A stretch of DNA of 64,000 nucleotides. It comes from Utricularia gibba (taxonomy: Eukaryota; Plantae; Magnoliophyta). This document shows, in pieces, positions 62,251 to 64,000 of the stretch (position 1 is the stretch's first letter; the number at the start of each line of letters is the position of its first letter). The translations under genes and the position numbers were made by a program. The notes beneath the pieces were generated by a model. The model was not told the DNA's origin. It made no database searches and saw only the letters and a list, made by a program, of their open reading frames with translations. Location of the stretch: positions 1,674,001 to 1,738,000 of the forward strand of contig NEEC01000020.1 of the NCBI GenBank assembly GCA_002189035.1, written 5' to 3'.

Positions 62251-64000
62251 ACTAGTCGTATATCAAGCCTCCATGGAACAGCACGTTAGTGGGTGTGCCA
62301 CACTTTACATCATGGCTTAACTGTCTACTCTCCTGTAGACCGCAACTTGAATCTTTTGGATATGGCAGTTGTTGTCTCTCCCACCCTTTAAGCCATCTGT
62401 CCAACAATCTCTCCTTTTAAGTTGAGATCTGCATACTTCATCAAACAATATCATTCAATCTTGCTTCCTTGAAGTAGAAATGGTGTTTAGACTTAGGCAA
62501 CACTTTTGTCAGCATATCCGCAACATTATCTTATATTGCTACTTTTTTTAACACAACTTGATCTTCCTTAACCACATTCCTAATCCAATGAAATCTGACA
62601 TCCATATTCTTAGTTCTAGCATGATACACAAGATTTTTAGACAAGGCTAAAACACTTTGATTATCACAATATATCTCTGACTTGCCACTTTTGATCCCCA
62701 ATTCCTCAAGTAGTCGACTAATCCACAAAGCATCTTTCCCACCCTCAATGAGATCTATATATTATGCCTCTGTGGATGACAATGCAACACATTTCTATAG
62801 TTTGGAGCTCCAACTTACAGCAGTCCCAACTAACTTGGTGATTACCCCTGAGGTGGACCTTCTTGTGTCTATGTCACCGGCCACATTAGAGTCAACGTAC
62901 ACTTGAGGTGTCAATGTATTCTCACAATAACATATACCAAACTGATTGGTTCCACTAAGGTAGTGTAATAGCCACTTCAATACCTTCCAATATTCTCTCC
63001 CTAGATTGGACAGAAATTTTCTGTGCTACTCGCAACATAAGCAATATCAGTTCTAGTGCACACCATTAAATACATAATAGAACCCAAAGCTGAAGCAAAC
63101 GACACCTTTTACATCTCAAGCTCTTCTTCAGAATTTGAGGGACACATGTCAACTATTAGCTTCAAGTTCAAAGGCAATGGTGTTTGAACAGTCTTGACAT
63201 CCATCATATTGAATTTCTTCTATATCATATTTATGTATCCTATATGTATGATTGTTAAACTTCTTTGAGATCGGTTTTTGTCTATTTTCTTCCCAAAAAT
63301 CTTGGATGCAGGGCCTAAATCCTTCATGTCAAAACCAGTCTGCAAGAGAGCTTTTAGATCATCTACCAACCGTCTATGTTGACTTGCAGTAAGCATATCG
63401 TCCACATAAAAGAGAAGAATCACAAACTCTTGATCACCAAAACATTTAAAATAAGCACATGGATAAGGCTCCAGCTTTAGATATCAAACTTGGCATTCCA
63501 ATGGCGAGGAGCTTGCTTAAGCTCATATAGACTCTTATTCAATTTACATACCATTGCTTCTATGCCTTTCACTTCACAGTCTAGAATTTGTTTCATGTGT
63601 AGGTCTTCCTGCAAGTCACCATGTAAGAATGCAGTCTTGACATCTAGTTGATCTAATTTCAAATCTAAGAAGGCAATTAAGGCCAAAATGATCCGTATCG
63701 TAGGAAGCTTTACCACAGAAGCAAAGATCTCTTGATAATCGATTCCAGCTTTCTGCCTGAACCCTTTCACAACGATTCTCGCCTTAAACCTTTGAGAGCC
63801 ATCAGGATTAATTTTTAGTTTGTATATCTACTTATTTTCATGTGATTGTCTCCCGGTAGGTAATTCCACTAGATCATAAGTTTTTTTCTTTTTCAAAGAT
63901 TCCATTTCATCATCTATTGCAGCCATCCATTCCTTTTTATGAGATAATTCCATTGCTTTCTCAAACGTTTTAGGCTCTCCATCTTGACTAACCAATAAAT
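62230..64000 (-). mobile_element. Tork/Tnt1-like Ty1/copia 3' part (RT, RNaseH, PPT, LTR start); continues past the window end
   Basis: KGFRQKAGIDYQEIFASVVK; QLDVKTAFLHGDL; LLFYVDDML; YCDNQSVLALSKN..YHARTK; PPT AAAAGGAGAGAT (62407-62418) followed by TGTTGG. Confidence 0.88.

Overview
Plant nuclear DNA, AT-rich and almost entirely decayed transposable elements; I found no intact host gene, RNA gene or CRISPR array. The first 23.6 kb is one nested LTR-retrotransposon complex. Element A (2811-23591, minus strand, TSD TAACT) is a non-autonomous Athila-type element lacking RT/RNaseH/integrase. Its 5' LTR was hit by a pol-bearing relative (element B, 10012-18916, flanks GGGAA) and by a copia-type solo LTR (19221-22721, TSD TTGC[T/C]) that itself carries a truncated third Athila-like element (C). 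Downstream lie a chimeric copia junction bridged by a ~175-bp plastid ndhH fragment, and a ~9-kb region (28.2-37.3 kb) of four partial copies of a 1.6-2 kb unit carrying arrays of ~29-bp palindromes, interrupted by two TSD-flanked solo LTRs and a MITE. The rest is Ty1/copia, Athila-LTR, CRM-type and MITE remnants, including a third TSD-flanked solo LTR. The most interesting items are the palindrome array, the autonomous/non-autonomous Athila pair with an in-frame pol fusion, a reconstructable ~146-codon LTR-borne ORF and the ndhH filler. All alignments and family assignments were made by eye from remembered motifs; no searches were run.
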